A stretch of DNA of 63,500 nt, filler included, from Octopus bimaculoides (taxonomy: Eukaryota): assembly GCF_001194135.2 (NCBI RefSeq). It is 5 parts of 5 records of this genome, joined end to end, with 100 filler letters (N's around TTAATTAATTAA, not from the genome) between each part and the next. Parts side by side here need not be neighbours in the genome. Positions count along the whole stretch, not along the records: positions 18,485 to 44,606 come from NC_068984.1; 4 more parts are not named here. One strand, given 5' to 3'. Below are positions 25,448 to 38,329 of the stretch, in pieces. Under the pieces are notes generated by a model. It was not told the DNA's origin. It did not search any database and saw only the letters and a program-made list of their open reading frames with translations. Position 1 is the first letter of the stretch. Each line of letters starts with the position of its first letter. The position numbers and the translations under genes were made by a program.

Positions 25448-25732
25448 CGTTGTGATGAGATCACGACGCCTCCTTGCGAGAAATAGACTGAACCGAGCGA
25501 TTATAGACAGTAGTGGTCGAAGTGAAGTTTGTGTGTAAGTTCGAGTTGAGTTCACAGTGAAGTCGCAAGGTGTCGGTTGGTTAGTTCGTTTGGAATATTG
25601 ATTATTGGTTCGAGAAGAGACTGTTGGATTGTTACGTTGTTATTACGGCTGCATCGTTATCTTGTTTACTGTTACTACACTGGTACAGTGTGTCTAGACC
25701 ATCCGTCGTAATATCGTGGCGGTATCACGACA
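25448..25732 (+). mobile_element. Possible LTR of an LTR retrotransposon
   Basis: 285 bp bounded by cGTtGTGAT ... ATCACGACA (degenerate TG..CA inverted ends), followed by T-TGGAGTCGG (PBS-like); no matching TSD. Confidence 0.35.
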
Positions 25733-27524
25733 TTGGAGTCGGAGAATGCATCAGTTATCCAAGGACTATCTGAAGCAAAATAACAACCAAATCAACACTA
25801 GTGAGATTAACTGAGTGAAGAAAATGAATGAGGTTAATCGAATCAAGACTTGTGTTAAAGAGAGATTAATTCAATGTGCGGTAACAGAACAACTAAAACT
25901 TTCAGTAGCTGCATCAGTGATCTACTAAATAAGATAGTTACTGCTCTTTGTTTAGAAGTGAATGTTCCGAGTTCAAAATAAGATGCTTTCGTACACACTA
26001 AGAATAATCCATCTAATGATGACTAGCGATAAAATCAATCGAATTGTAGTGAAGATGTAAATATCAAAATAGTTTTGATTTTTAAAGATTAAGTTAATAG
26101 CGCGAAATACTGGAAAAGCCTGGTTTTGTAGGCAAGTTTAGAAACTCATTAGAAAGTGAGAGTCTGTGAAGTAAACATAATTGAATATTTATACAATTTA
26201 TATATGACCCTGAAAAAGGGAAATGTTGAGTGAGAGAAGGAAGGAAAAAAAGTGCAAATTCAGTAATAAAGGGAAAATAATATTTGCCGAGGGAAACATG
26301 AAGAATTATGTTATATGCTGCTTGACATGTTTTGCATGTTTGAAATGGAAGTAACATTAATTTGGTTTATTTTGTTTGTCTCTTTACGTGACGAGGAAAC
26401 CAATTACTTGGTTGGTTTCATAAGTTCGGACGGAAGACTAATGAAATAAAATAAAATAAAATAAAGTAAAATAAATTAGATAAAAATTACATAAAACGGC
26501 AAAGAAGAAATAGAGAAACTAAAGAGGGACAAAACAAGATCGTAATTTTCAGACGCTATCGAGTAATATTTAATTGGTTTAAATAGCTTCTTATATGTAT
26601 TTTTTTTATCCCTTTGCCTTCTATCATTGCTAAATGGTATTAGAATATTAGAAGTATTTCGCGCACACGTGCCTGTGCATATGTATGTAGTTGTTTGTAT
26701 GTGTATGCATGTATCTATACATGCATGCGCATATATATTATCTGAGCGTGCGTGTGCATGTGTGTGCATGTGTGCGCATGCACGCTCTGAAATCTGATAC
26801 AGCTTAAACAGGGCGTTCACCTCAGCAGATGTTAGAGATTTGTGTGATAAATGGAAACAAGAATAACATAAAACAATTATAAACAAAAAAACTATAGAAG
26901 GAAATCGTGTATGAAGATGTGTGTGTGTACGTCCTATAAGTCATTAGACCGCAGGAGTAACCTATAAGACGTTGACTTGATGTAATATTATTAGGAAAAA
27001 TCATTAACCAGTAATTAATGCAATTAAAAGTTCATACATCTCTTAATTACACTGAACAAAATATTTTCACCAAGTCGGTAAATCAACATCTATAAACTGA
27101 TCAGTGTTGAGATGTAAGACCACATAGCGCATAATTACAGCGATGTGTTCTTGGCCAATATTGAGTATCAATAACATGACAAACCTCTATTTTTATATTA
27201 TAGGGGTTTAATGGATCCGCCATTAAAATATACGGTAGTTAAGAGGTAATATAAGTGACGATTTCAAACAGTTTTTGTATTTCAGTATTTTCGACCACGA
27301 TCGTGATGAGAAACTGTATAGTCTATTGGATAGACCCCAATAAACAACTTGCACTTTTTACTGATTCAAGGTAAATATAATCCATTTTCAAAGGTTTTGA
27401 ACTTAGGTCGGCAAAAGTTGAAACTAAGGTTTGTTTAATCCGAAGCTTTACTATCTCACATATTCAACAGTGTATCTAATTTCAATATTGGTTAGCTAAT
27501 ATAAAGGTGGTGGATTGGCTGAAT

Positions 27525-27690
27525 TATTAGAACGTTGGGAAGATACCTTGCAATATGCCTTCCGGTTCTATGTATTCTGAATTCAAATCACACCAATGTC
27601 AAATTCGCCTTTCAACTCTCTGAGTACTTGCGTACCGAGGTTGACGTAATCGACTCGCCCCTCTTCCTTAAAAATTGCTTGCCTTGTGCA
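27525..27690 (+). mobile_element. SINE family 2, degenerate
   Basis: ttctgaattcaaatc...gtc.a.tt.gcctttca...ggttgacgtaatcgact matches the reverse complement of family 2 copies. Confidence 0.55.
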
Positions 27691-27769
27691 GTACTTCTCT
27701 ATGGCATGATCGCTGAAAGGACTTGAAAATAAGCTTAATAGTATACATATGAGAATTTTTCGTGCAGTT

Positions 27770-28092
27770 CTCGATTTTTTTTTGGCAGCAAAACCTTACA
27801 AAGCAGTGACTGTATGGCAATCTTCCTACCATTACCTCAGTAATAGGGGAACGCAGAACACAGTATGCAAGACGTTTCTGGAGAGGTAAAGATCTGGTGA
27901 TCTCCTTCTCTTGAAACTCACGCATGGGCTTACAATACCAGCAGACCAAGAAGATCATATATCGATCAAATTGTGAAAGACAATGAAGATCGGGTTGAGG
28001 ATACTCAAGAAGATTGCCACGGAAGATCAGGACAACAGGCGTGGAAGAGTTGCATTGATCCGAGCAAGCCCCCAGAATGGACGATGTGAGTA
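27770..28092 (+). mobile_element. RTE-clade LINE 3' end remnant
   Basis: Frameshifted pieces WRGKDLVIS, LTHG, RPRRSYIDQIVKD and DQDNRRGRVALIRA, characteristic of RTE ORF C-termini. Confidence 0.65.
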
Positions 28093-28899
28093 AATTAGGA
28101 ATAGTTCAGCAGTTAATATATTTCAGTCATTATAAGAGAGAAAAAATGATTTATGACGGTATTGATTTTGTCTAAGCATTATACAAACATTATTAGTTCC
28201 TTGCGTACAGGCTGGAAATTCAATTCTCCTTGTAATCAGTTTTACCTTACATACCTCAAGAACGTTGGTAAATTAAGTAGCAATTGTACAAATATTCTTT
28301 TATCCAAGAGAGGTATGATATCTTGCAACTAATTTTTTCGGGATTTAACCGAAAACGTACGACTATTCATGAACTTTATCACTCGACAAAAGAAACCAGT
28401 ATTTATCGCTAAAACAACGAGCGAGATAAAGCAAGTTTTTAGATCTTGGCGAGGAAACATTAGAATTTAGTTTCTATACTTAGCTTACGGGAAACATAAA
28501 TGAGTTGAGTTTTCCTAAGATATAAAAGCCAGAACTAACATCTACTTTCCAATTTTCATAGTAAGAAATAATAATCAGATACACATACAAAAACATATTA
28601 TATGAATGTCTGTATATATACACACACTCGCATACACACACTCGCAAACACACACGCACCGTACATACACGCACACGTACGTTTGTTTACTTACACAAAC
28701 AGTTGACCGAATTTACAATGTATTGAGATGCCACCAATCTAGATATTGAAGTTTCAAACCATGTCTCCAGTACCTTAAATGAAAATCCGTAATATTCTGA
28801 ACAAGCAACGCACGAGTTTTGTGACATTAAATTTCCAGTTGAAAGAATTCAGTGTTTATATTAATAAATGGAAGACGCTGTTAGTATGATGCTAGTTAT

Positions 28900-29123
28900 C
28901 TTTTATTTCTTACTTGTTTCAGTCATTAGACTGCGGCCATACTGAAGCAGCACCTTGAAGAATATTAGTCGAATGAATCGATCCAGGTACTTTTTTTTTT
29001 AAGTTTTAAACTAATTCTGTCGGACTGTTTTACCGAACCACTAAGTTGCAGGACATAAACAAACCAACACCGGTTGTCAAGTAGTGGTGGAAAGGAAACA
29101 CAGACACAAACACACACACACAC

Positions 29124-29170
<47 letters not shown>

Positions 29171-29320
29171 CGACGAGCTTCTTCCTGTTTCCGTCTATCA
29201 AAGCTACTCACAAGGATTTGGTTGGCAGAAGGCTATAGCAGAAAACATTTGCCTAAGGTGCGACGCAGTGGGACTTAACCCAGAGCATGTGTATAAGAAG
29301 TAAACTTATCACACGGAAAT
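28900..29320 (-). mobile_element. SINE family 1
   Basis: Reverse complement of family 1, including the internal (CA)n(TA)n. Confidence 0.85.
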
Positions 29321-29360
29321 CAGCTCCAATGTGGGTTAGGTATTCCACAGTTCACATATA

Positions 29361-29544
29361 CGGGGGAGCGCTGAAAAGTTCTTGTCTTTGGGTAAAAGAA
29401 AACACAAAAGGATCAGTTAATTATGATTTTATTTAATATATTCCCTTCTCAGAGTCATAAATTTATTGCAACTCGGAAGGTTGTGCCTTCAACCAGGCCT
29501 TTCGCGACACCTTTAATGCTAAGAACTTTTCAGCATTTCTTGAA
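29361..29544. mobile_element. Mariner-type MITE
   Basis: ta-CGGGGGAGCGCTGAAAAGTTCTT ... AAGAACTTTTCAGCatttcttg terminal inverted repeats; TA at the left end. Confidence 0.65.
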
Positions 29545-30012
29545 TAGTAATCAATGAATGTAGAAGAGTTTTCCGTAATTGTATGTAACTTTCTCAATAT
29601 AGTTATCACCCTTTAATAACTATAACACACATACCAGAATTTGTGTATTTTAGCATTTAGTCTGTAAGTTTCATGTCTATACTCTTACGCAAGAGAGTAC
29701 ATTGGTGTCAATACTGTAAAACCACCGAGTCAGTTACATAACGTTTCATGGCAGCATGTAGTTGTTAATGAATTAAAATAACTGTTGACAACTAAATAAC
29801 ATCAGAAGAGATGACCCCAGCACTGTAACTTATTTACAACTGAACGGACTGGTTTCTTTTGAGAAGCTTTGAACATCTCGAATATAGATACAACGCTGCG
29901 CTGGAGACAAGATGTGAAACTACAATATCCAGGGCGGTTGCGACTCAGTACTTTATAAATTCTGGCATTTATGGTAGCGAATATATACGAGTGTACATTT
30001 ATATACCAACGC

Positions 30013-30057
<45 letters not shown>

Positions 30058-30091
30058 TGTGTGTGTTCGTGCGTGCGTGTGTGTATGCATG

Positions 30092-30167
<76 letters not shown>

Positions 30168-31254
30168 AGTTTTCCTGTCAGTTTTCACGTTAACCAAGCT
30201 GCTACCAAAGAGAATAAAGGAACGTAAGAAATAAAGAAGAAAAGAAAGAAGACAAAAGGGGAGATATCTACAGCTGTCATGTTTATCCAATGGTAATCAA
30301 TGAAGGCATTAACTTCGACTTAGCTCAGCAAGTAGGCATGGTGCCACCTGCATCAGTTGTTTCGTTGGTATGCTGTTGGCTCCCTCCAAATAGTGCAGTT
30401 GAAAGTTGTTTATTTCTTCTGTGCCATATTTAAATGGAATGCCAGCGTGCCACTAAGTACATTCACGTATGTAAGGTATACATTTTTAGATAGCCACTGA
30501 CTCCACTAAGTTGATTGGCCGGACTTGTTTTTCATTCATTAGAATATATAAAAATCACAGTTCTTCACCAGGCAAACTTGGTTGGGTTGCCACTTTACTA
30601 GCCGACGACCCCACCATGCAACAGGTTGTACTTGGTTACATGTTATCAATTGCTACCTGATACATGTGCGTGTGTATGTGTGCGTTTGTGTATACAATAA
30701 AAATATCCTACAGTAGATACAAATAAAGACCTTCAACTTATAACCAATGAAAGAGGGCAGGCAAAGATCAAGTCTTCTTATCTCTTCACTAAGTAATGAA
30801 AATCTTGTAGAAGAAGATAATGAAGTAATTCCGCTAAGGAAATGTCCAATTAGTGTACCTGTTATTTATCCACCTTACACGATCTCAACTAATATAATAT
30901 AATATAATATAATGTAATATAATATAATATAATAATCTAAATTACAAGAGAATAGGGTGGAGTAGTAGAGTGTCAAAACTACATATGTATTCATATCATG
31001 TATAAGCAGTTGTGTATATGTACATACACATATATACAGAGAGTGCGAGGCGGGGAGGTGTTTCTTAAATTAGTACAATGAATATATCCTATTTCATTAC
31101 TTCTACTTCACGTAGACAGGAGGAAGGAAATCGTAACAGAATTTGAAGCGATTTCAACTGTAGAATGTATGTGGATGGGTGAGAAAGAAAGGGTCGCATT
31201 TGATTTGACGCCTTACCATTCCTGCTACTTAATAATAATCTCCCAAGTTTCAAA

Positions 31255-31415
31255 TATTGGTTTCAAATTTTGGCACAAAGCCAACAAGCTCGGGGTGGGG
31301 GAAGTCGATTACATCAACCCCAGTACTCAACTGGCACTTAATTTATCGACCCCGAAAAGAAGAATAGGCAAAGTCGACCTCGACGGAATTTGAACGATTC
31401 TGTCAGTTGCTGCCT
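31255..31415 (-). mobile_element. SINE family 2, partial
   Basis: aagtcgattacatc.acccc.gtactcaactgg.acttaatttatcgacccc...aggcaaagtcgacctcg.cggaatttgaac shared with 35575, 36659 and 46037. Confidence 0.8.
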
Positions 31416-32039
31416 AAAATGTTTCAACTATTATAATAGGTAATTTATTCCAGTTGTTTTACTAACCAGATTAGATTTTTGAATGGTAGGTTGGCACACT
31501 CGAATGTTTTACAAGGTATTTTATTATGAGGAGTTCTTTGTCAAATGATTTTTATTGCAATTCTGAATGTACGATAATTACTTCAGATTGTACCCAATCA
31601 AATATCAATTATGAACTGATTTGTATTAGTTTTTACTTTATGATATATCGCCCACGTTGTCTTTATATTTGGACAGAGTGAAAATGTAGCTGCTTGCAGT
31701 CATTATAGCTAGACAAAAATATGTAATTAACTAACTAAATAATTATTGTCGCAATAAAGTTTCCATTTCTGCTCGAAATCACTTTCGGACCGCAGAGGAA
31801 CGCCTACAAAATGGCCAGAAGCTGGCAGCAGACTTTTCAATGACGAGCTTCAAATCCATCCTCGAAAGAAGTATAAAATTGCAAAATATTAACCATATTT
31901 TCAAAGATAGATAAAATTAAAATGTGAAAACAATAGTGCACTAAGAAATCTAAGATCGAAACGTTAAGAGCGAACAAAAGAAGGCATAAAAAAATAAAGA
32001 TAATCGAATAAATAAGTGGAGTTAGTATACAAGCTATTG

Positions 32040-32310
32040 TGGCCCTGTGATTAGAGTTTTGCAAATACGATCGCAGTTTCGATTACCGAAACGGGCGACA
32101 TTTTGTGTTCTAGCGCAAAACATTTCATTTCATGTTGCATTCCGATCCTTTCGAGATCTGATGTGTAGCACAACATGCACTTGTACAGGCAATCATGATG
32201 GTGGCAGTGAGTTCATATACAACACAAAATTTGATCCCTATAAATCATCAATGCAGGTTGTTCAGCAAGAAATTCTGTTATCCTTATCTGTCGTCAGGAG
32301 AGTCCACTAC
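32040..32310 (+). mobile_element. Degenerate tRNA-derived SINE (family 4-like)
   Basis: A-box-like tggccctgtgatt, B-box-like gtttcgattacc; body similar to 7060-7345; (CA)n tail. Confidence 0.55.
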
Positions 32311-32327
32311 ACACACACACACACGCG

Positions 32328-32386
<59 letters not shown>

Positions 32387-32784
32387 TTATATAAACTACA
32401 TATATCCACCGCAAACGATTGACTGATACAATGTGCCACAGATTCCTTAAGTCTTTTGGGTCTCTATACGACCCCAAGCATATATAGACACTTTATTTTT
32501 CTTTCTATCCATGATTCAACAGAACATCGAGAATATGACCGCTAAAGAGAGATGGGAGCCGTATTTCTTCAATAAACACTGTTTTTTCAGTCCCTAGAAA
32601 AAAAAACAATATGAATGAGTGAAATACCAGAACATCGAGGTCAAAAGAGGTGAGAGTCATTAACTAGTATTTATTTTGACAAAAGGTCTAGTGACTCTTG
32701 CAACAAGGTAGAAGAGCTGAAGTGAAGAAACACCTCGTTTGTGATCTAGCGGTTGAAGGGTGTTTCTGAATAAATCAATGACAA

Positions 32785-33610
32785 TAATACAGACAATAAT
32801 ACAGACAAAACAAGGACAAGTCATTTGGAGTTTTCTTTCTTCAGTCGAGATCCAGATTATTTTTGCAATTTCGGCTGGTTATACTCGATATTGCTCCCAT
32901 CTGGCCAGTCCCAAGGTAAAACTAAGCAAGGACCAGTAGATTCCTTGGAAGAAAGCAACGAATGTATACAAAAACAAAAACGAAAAAAAAAAACGAACAA
33001 TGTTACATAAATACAATATAAATAATAACAGGACATAACAATTGTTCGTTTTTTCCTGTCCTTGTTTTTGTATACACTCGCTGCTTTCTTCCAAGGAATC
33101 TAATGCTCTTAGCTTAATTTTTCCTTGGGGCTGGCCAGATGGGAGCAATATCGAGTATAACCAGCCGAAATTGCAAAGATAATCTGGATCTCGACTAATG
33201 AAAGAAAACTCCAAATGACCTGTCCTTGTTTTGTCTGTATCGTCTATCTGGATGTTTTGTTGTCCCTTTCCTGTATCACCTAACTGTCTGTATGTTCTGC
33301 ATTCTTGTCCCATTTTGTATATATATAAAGGAATACAAAAAAATGGGACAAGAACGCAAAACATCCAGACAAATGATACAAAAAAAGACAAGAAAAGACA
33401 AGGACGGGTCATTCGAAGTTTTCTTTCCTCAGTCGAGTTCCAGATTATCTTTGCAATTTCGGCTGATTGTACTCGAGATTGCTTCAATCTGGCCAGCCCG
33501 AAGGAAAAATTAAACTAAGAGCACTAGATTCCTCGAAAGAAAGAAAAACGGAGAAATGGTACACAAGTACGCAAATACAAATGCAAATAACAGGACATTA
33601 ACAGGTGTCT
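32785..33610. repeat. Zig-zag repeat: three copies of an about 200-bp unit in +/-/+ orientation
   Basis: Units at about 32800-33000, 33042-33240 (inverted) and 33380-33600; shared cagtcgag.tccagattat.tttgcaatttcggctg...ctggccag. Confidence 0.9.
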
Positions 33611-33811
33611 TTTGACTAAGGACAAATTAAATTAAGCTGGCGTGTGTGGAAGTGAAGCTTTACGGCAGGGACATAAGGGATGACAGGCATGGGGAGGAAT
33701 ATAGATGTTGCACGTATGGTAGTCGAACCAAGAAAGAAAGTTCAGGCTTGGCCGAACACCGGTCACGTGGAGAGAAATGAGAGAAGTATATATATATATA
33801 TNNNNNNNNNN

Positions 33812-34068
33812 GCTGGACTGGCTCCTGTGCAGGTGGCACGTAAAATACACCATTTTCAGCGTGGCTGTTGCCAGTACCGCCGGACTGGCCTTCGTGCCGG
33901 TGGCACGTAAAAGCACCCACCACACTCTCGGAGTAGTTGGTGTTAGGAAGGGCATCCAGCTGTAGAAAGTCTGCCAAATCTGATTGGAGCCTGGTGTAGC
34001 CATCTGGTTCGCCAGTCCTCAGTCAAATCGTCCAACCTATGCTAGCATGGAAGGCTGACGTTGATGAC

Positions 34069-34100
<32 letters not shown>
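33812..34100 (+). mobile_element. RTE-tail-like SINE 3' part with (GAT)n tail
   Basis: ggtggcacgtaaaa repeated twice; ttaggaagggcatccagctgtag; homologous to 195-392. Confidence 0.75.
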
Positions 34101-34146
<46 letters not shown>

Positions 34147-34729
34147 CTTTAGCAAGGTTATGCTGCACTCATATCCGGTACTGAATTGCTTTTGTTTATT
34201 TACTTTGTCATGGGTTCAATAAAACGAATAACATAAAAGTACATACATAATTACCTACACTTCATCTCTAGTCTTTGAAAATGAACCGGTCTAGCTGAGT
34301 CCAACCCCTGACGGGCTCTCTAACCATTATGGTGCCTATAAATCTTACCTTACCCCAACTCGCTAACTAAACTCTTAATGTATTACCACCCCTTTAACGG
34401 TCATTATTGCTTATGTTTTGTTTTTCCTCCATTCATGGCTAGCTCCGGCTGGCCGATAGGCGTGTTCCCACTACGTTTATGGAGTGTTCTTATATTGTTT
34501 TGAAATTATATGTATCATATATTGAATACAGTTTTTTGCACTGTTGTAATGTACACATTCATCTAATATAAATGCGTAAGAAACATTTGTAATGAACTAA
34601 CATCTATCCACCGTCTGTTATCCGAGTTTGTATGATTGTATATAGAACAATATATTAATCAATGAAATTCCAACTAAGTCTGGTTTTCACGTTTTACTAT
34701 TTACAATTTTACCATTTTGCAATATTGAA

Positions 34730-34771
34730 ATAAACTAGTACTTTCATGCGTTACACACTCATCAGGTTTAT
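34730..34771 (-). ncRNA. Minimal type I hammerhead ribozyme (42 nt)
   Basis: ATAAAC-CTGATGA-GTGTG taa CGCAT-GAA-A GTAC T-A-GTTTAT: perfect 6-bp helix I, canonical core, 5-bp helix II (two G-U pairs), 1-bp helix III with palindromic GTAC loop. Confidence 0.8.
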
Positions 34772-35530
34772 ATACTTACAGTCGTGTTCCAAGTCAGTGT
34801 CTTGCTACCGTCTGTGATTACACAGATATAGCGCTTGCATATATATAAATAGGATTTCTGCAGTAGGGTGTGATGGAGGCGGGAAGAGAAGGGAAAAAGA
34901 AAAAAAGACAAAAAAAAAAGTAAAAAAGGGAAGAAGGAAGAAGTTGAAGGAAGAAAGGGGAGGGAAAGTTGGATTTTGGTGTGGCGGTGGAGATGAAGTA
35001 GGGTAGACGGGTGTTAGATTGATAAAAGGATTTCAATAAAAGGAGTAAGAGAAATTAGAATAAGAAAAGATAATGAAACAGGCAGACAAATAAGTGAAAT
35101 TGAATGGGAGACAGTGGGATGGAGTTACAATGACCTTTGTGAAGAAGATTGTTGATGGGTGCGCGTATACAAATGAATAAATAAACGAATGAATAAGTAA
35201 ATCGACAATAACAATTGAAAGTGAATAGACGGGGAAAAGAATTAGAAAACTAAAACAAATGGGACCTAGAAGATTATTATTCACCTAGTGGTGAATAAGT
35301 AGAACAGAAGAATGGATATTAATTGAAAAGGCCTTAGCAGCAGGAGTGCTAATTTAGGGGAACGGTCAGTGTTTCAAAGGCAAATTATTGACAGGAGTGG
35401 TTGGCAGGGACGGTGTTAATAATGCTGGTGATGATGATGATGATGATTAAGAGGGCAGTGTTGATAAAATAAGCTAAACTATGGAAAGGGAGGAAGAAGA
35501 AAATGCAAAGAATATCCTTGGGAATTGTTG
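34772..35530 (-). mobile_element. Probable decayed PLE 3' region upstream of the minimal hammerhead
   Basis: Pyrimidine-rich minus strand with weak GIY-YIG C-terminus-like pieces (SHCLPFN, RLPYFISTATP) ending at a hammerhead; similarity is weak. Confidence 0.3.
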
Positions 35531-35574
35531 AGGACATTAATAAAATTAGTTTCCAATTTTGATATAAGGTCAGC

Positions 35575-35752
35575 AATTCCTGGGTGTGGGTAAGTCGATT
35601 ACATCGATCTCAGCGTTCAACAAGTACTTATTTTATCCACCCCAAAAGGATGAGAGACAAAGTCGACTCCAGCGGCAATTGAGCTTAGAATGTGAAGACG
35701 GACGAAATGCTGCATGGCATTTTGCCCGGCATGCTAACGATTCTGCCAGCTC
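35575..35752 (-). mobile_element. SINE family 2
   Basis: Homology to the other family 2 copies, ending gctaacgattctgccagctc. Confidence 0.8.
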
Positions 35753-35854
35753 AACGTCTTATATTAAAGAAATATTAAAGATATTAGAAGTATAGAAAAA
35801 AAATTAAAGGTATTGAACATTTTTGTATCTTATAACAAGTGTAAAATAATATAA

Positions 35855-36180
35855 ACTAGAAAAGCACTCGGAGAGCGTAGACCTCCGCCAAGCTGCTCAT
35901 TTCCACCCATATACACGCATTCACTCATATACACTACAATCAGTTTCTTTACACAATTGAAAATCCATTATCCGATACTCATGGGACCGAGATTTTCACA
36001 GATTTTTGATTTTTCTAATATCGGAGTGTTTCATTAAAAAAAAAAAAAATTGCATCTACAAAATCGGAACAGTTTGAGGATGGAAACCAGGTCTAAACAC
36101 AATAGCTTAAAGACATACTCTGAATGTAGATCTATATAAACCTTTAATAGTTTTTTTATACTTTAGACCATCAGAAATGT
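35855..36180 (+). mobile_element. Unclassified non-autonomous repeat starting ACTAGAAAAGCACTCGGAGAGCG (possibly Helentron/HINE-like)
   Basis: 5' terminus resembles dispersed invertebrate repeats I recall; no 3' hallmark visible. Confidence 0.25.
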
Positions 36181-36189
36181 TTCTGTCAG

Positions 36190-36598
36190 ACCTCCCAAAA
36201 ACTGAGCAAGTATGAAGATCATGATATCGAAATAGGCAAAATGTGGACCTTCAAGACTAAAACAATACCAGTTTTCATAGGTGCCCTAGGAATGATAGCG
36301 AAAGGGGCTGATTGCTACCTAGCTCAGATACAAGGAAACCCCAAAATGGCAGAAATTCGAAAGATATTGCTCATGGAAACTGCCCATATCCTACGTAAAA
36401 TACTGTCTATGTAATCTCAAAATTTAAAGTAAACTTATAATTTTCTTATGTTTTCTCAAACATTCTAGAACAATACTGTCTGCAAAAGCATATGACACCC
36501 TAGGCATAATATCAACTTGAACTTGTAACTTGTTTTCGCTTGAGATCTCTCGGTGGGACTCGGAGTCAATTTGTACAAATACAAAGCAAAAGTCAAAC

Positions 36599-36652
<54 letters not shown>

Positions 36653-36658
36653 TAATAA
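36190..36658 (+). mobile_element. Second R4/Dong-like family: 3' fragment, 3' UTR and (AAT)n tail
   Basis: 36196-36414 reads QKLSKYEDHDIEIGKMWTFKTKTIPVFIGALGMIAKG...KILLMETAHILRKILSM*; 3' UTR differs from the 5276 family. Confidence 0.85.
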
Positions 36659-36870
36659 TGGATTCAAATTTTGCCACAAGGGCTGCCATTTTGGGGGAGG
36701 GAATGTGTTGATTACTCAACCGCAGAGTTTCACTGTTACTTAATTTATTGACGCCGAAGGGATGAAAGGCAAAGTCAACCTGGGCGGAATTTGAACTCAG
36801 AACGTAAGGAGGGACGAAATGCCGCTAAGCATCTTAACCAGCATACTAACGGTTCTGCCAGCTCGTCAGC
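36659..36870 (-). mobile_element. SINE family 2 between two (AAT)n arrays
   Basis: gatgaaaggcaaagtcaacc..ggcggaatttgaactcagaacgta...gccgctaagcat...ctaacggttctgccagctcg. Confidence 0.85.
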
Positions 36871-36873
36871 TAA

Positions 36874-36963
<90 letters not shown>

Positions 36964-38329
36964 ATAGTAGTAGTAGTAGTAGTAGTAGTAATGAGTGGGG
37001 ACAATAACGGTTGCAAACGGATATAATTGGATATATAAGAAAAAAGACTATAAAAATTGTATCCCTACATAAAGGAAAATAAATTAAACAATGGGGTAAA
37101 AAATTGGATATTAATTAATATCAATTTAATACCAGGTAACTAGCACATTAAAAGAATCAGGGAGATTCAGATTACCAGTCCACCTAGTGGCCTCCTGTAT
37201 ATATATACTCGTATATATTTTTATATAAATGAAAATAAAGATAAGCTATTGGTACAAAATCAAGGTAATATTACAGGGACTTGAGGTGGTCGTTATAATG
37301 AAAATGAGTAGGGATACTGTCGATGTTCGTTGTGTGGAAACAAGGGGGCCTAAAATAGGCCATATTTTGTAGAGTATGTAATTCCAGTTATAACGGTTCC
37401 AGTGGTGACACAGGTATGAGACGTTATTCCTACTACTAAAATCAAAGATGGTGATTGTGGTGGGAATGACTGTGGCAGTGAGGACAGTGGTAGGTTAGTA
37501 ATGTTGATTGTGATGATGGAGAAACCGATGATGAGTTGATGGGTTCAGGGTTCTCCTGCGACTACGAATCCAAGTTCTCAGCTGCTGCTGTCCTGCTTGC
37601 TGTTAGAATTTGTCCGGGGAAGAAATACGCTTGAATACTTTCAGGCTGAACTTTGTCACGTGCAGTTAAGTGGAATGTTTCTCCTCTTTCGCATTCAGGA
37701 TGTTACTTGCGACAAGGGTAATCAATTCTTCAGTCTGGCACAGATTGCTTCTTGCATTGCTTTCGGTATAGGCTTTCAGTGACATCTAAATTTTGAGTAA
37801 AGAAATTCTTGCTAGATATAAACAGTAGACATTTTCTAAATCGCCTTGTACCGCTTATATGCAGCAAGGACTGCATGTCTTTTCATTTCTTCTGTAAGTA
37901 TTTTATCACCATAGGAGATCTGAAAGAAATATAACCCTTTTATTTAATTTGAAGAGAGTAATAATATACTAATAAATTGTCCTCATATACACCCTCGCAC
38001 CTTGTGTGTGTGTGTGTGTGTGCGTGCGTGCGTGTGTGTGCGTGTGCGTTCGTGCGTATGTGTGTGTCTGTACATATACATACATATACATACATACATA
38101 CATGCATACATACAAACATATAGATTATAGATGATCAGTATCGGTCGATAGGTATGAACCAATATTTATAAAGCTAAAAAGATCTCTAGAGAAAAAAAGA
38201 GTATTTCTAAAAACATTCAAACTAAAAGAACAAAATACAAAAAAGAAATGCCGCTATGATGTACTTACAGAAATACACAAATATATAAAAGTGTGTAAAA
38301 AACAAATAAAAGATTTACTATGATATAAA

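Noticed and set aside
29735-29810. Minus-strand CTGATGT...GAAACGTTATGTA motif
   Set aside because: A9 lost, helix II not adjacent to the core.
32830-33440. CTGAAGA / CTAATGA / CTGAGGA boxes at the same position in the three zig-zag units, as a possible hammerhead
   Set aside because: No convincing helix I and GAAA is not conserved; kept only as a repeat structure.
32785-33610. CRISPR-like repeat array
   Set aside because: Eukaryotic DNA; repeats are long, inverted, and lack unique equal-length spacers.
37130-37900. Possible Gypsy integrase C-terminus/LTR and a maT transposase start on the minus strand
   Set aside because: Similarity only to loose remembered motifs with many stops; cannot be supported without a search.
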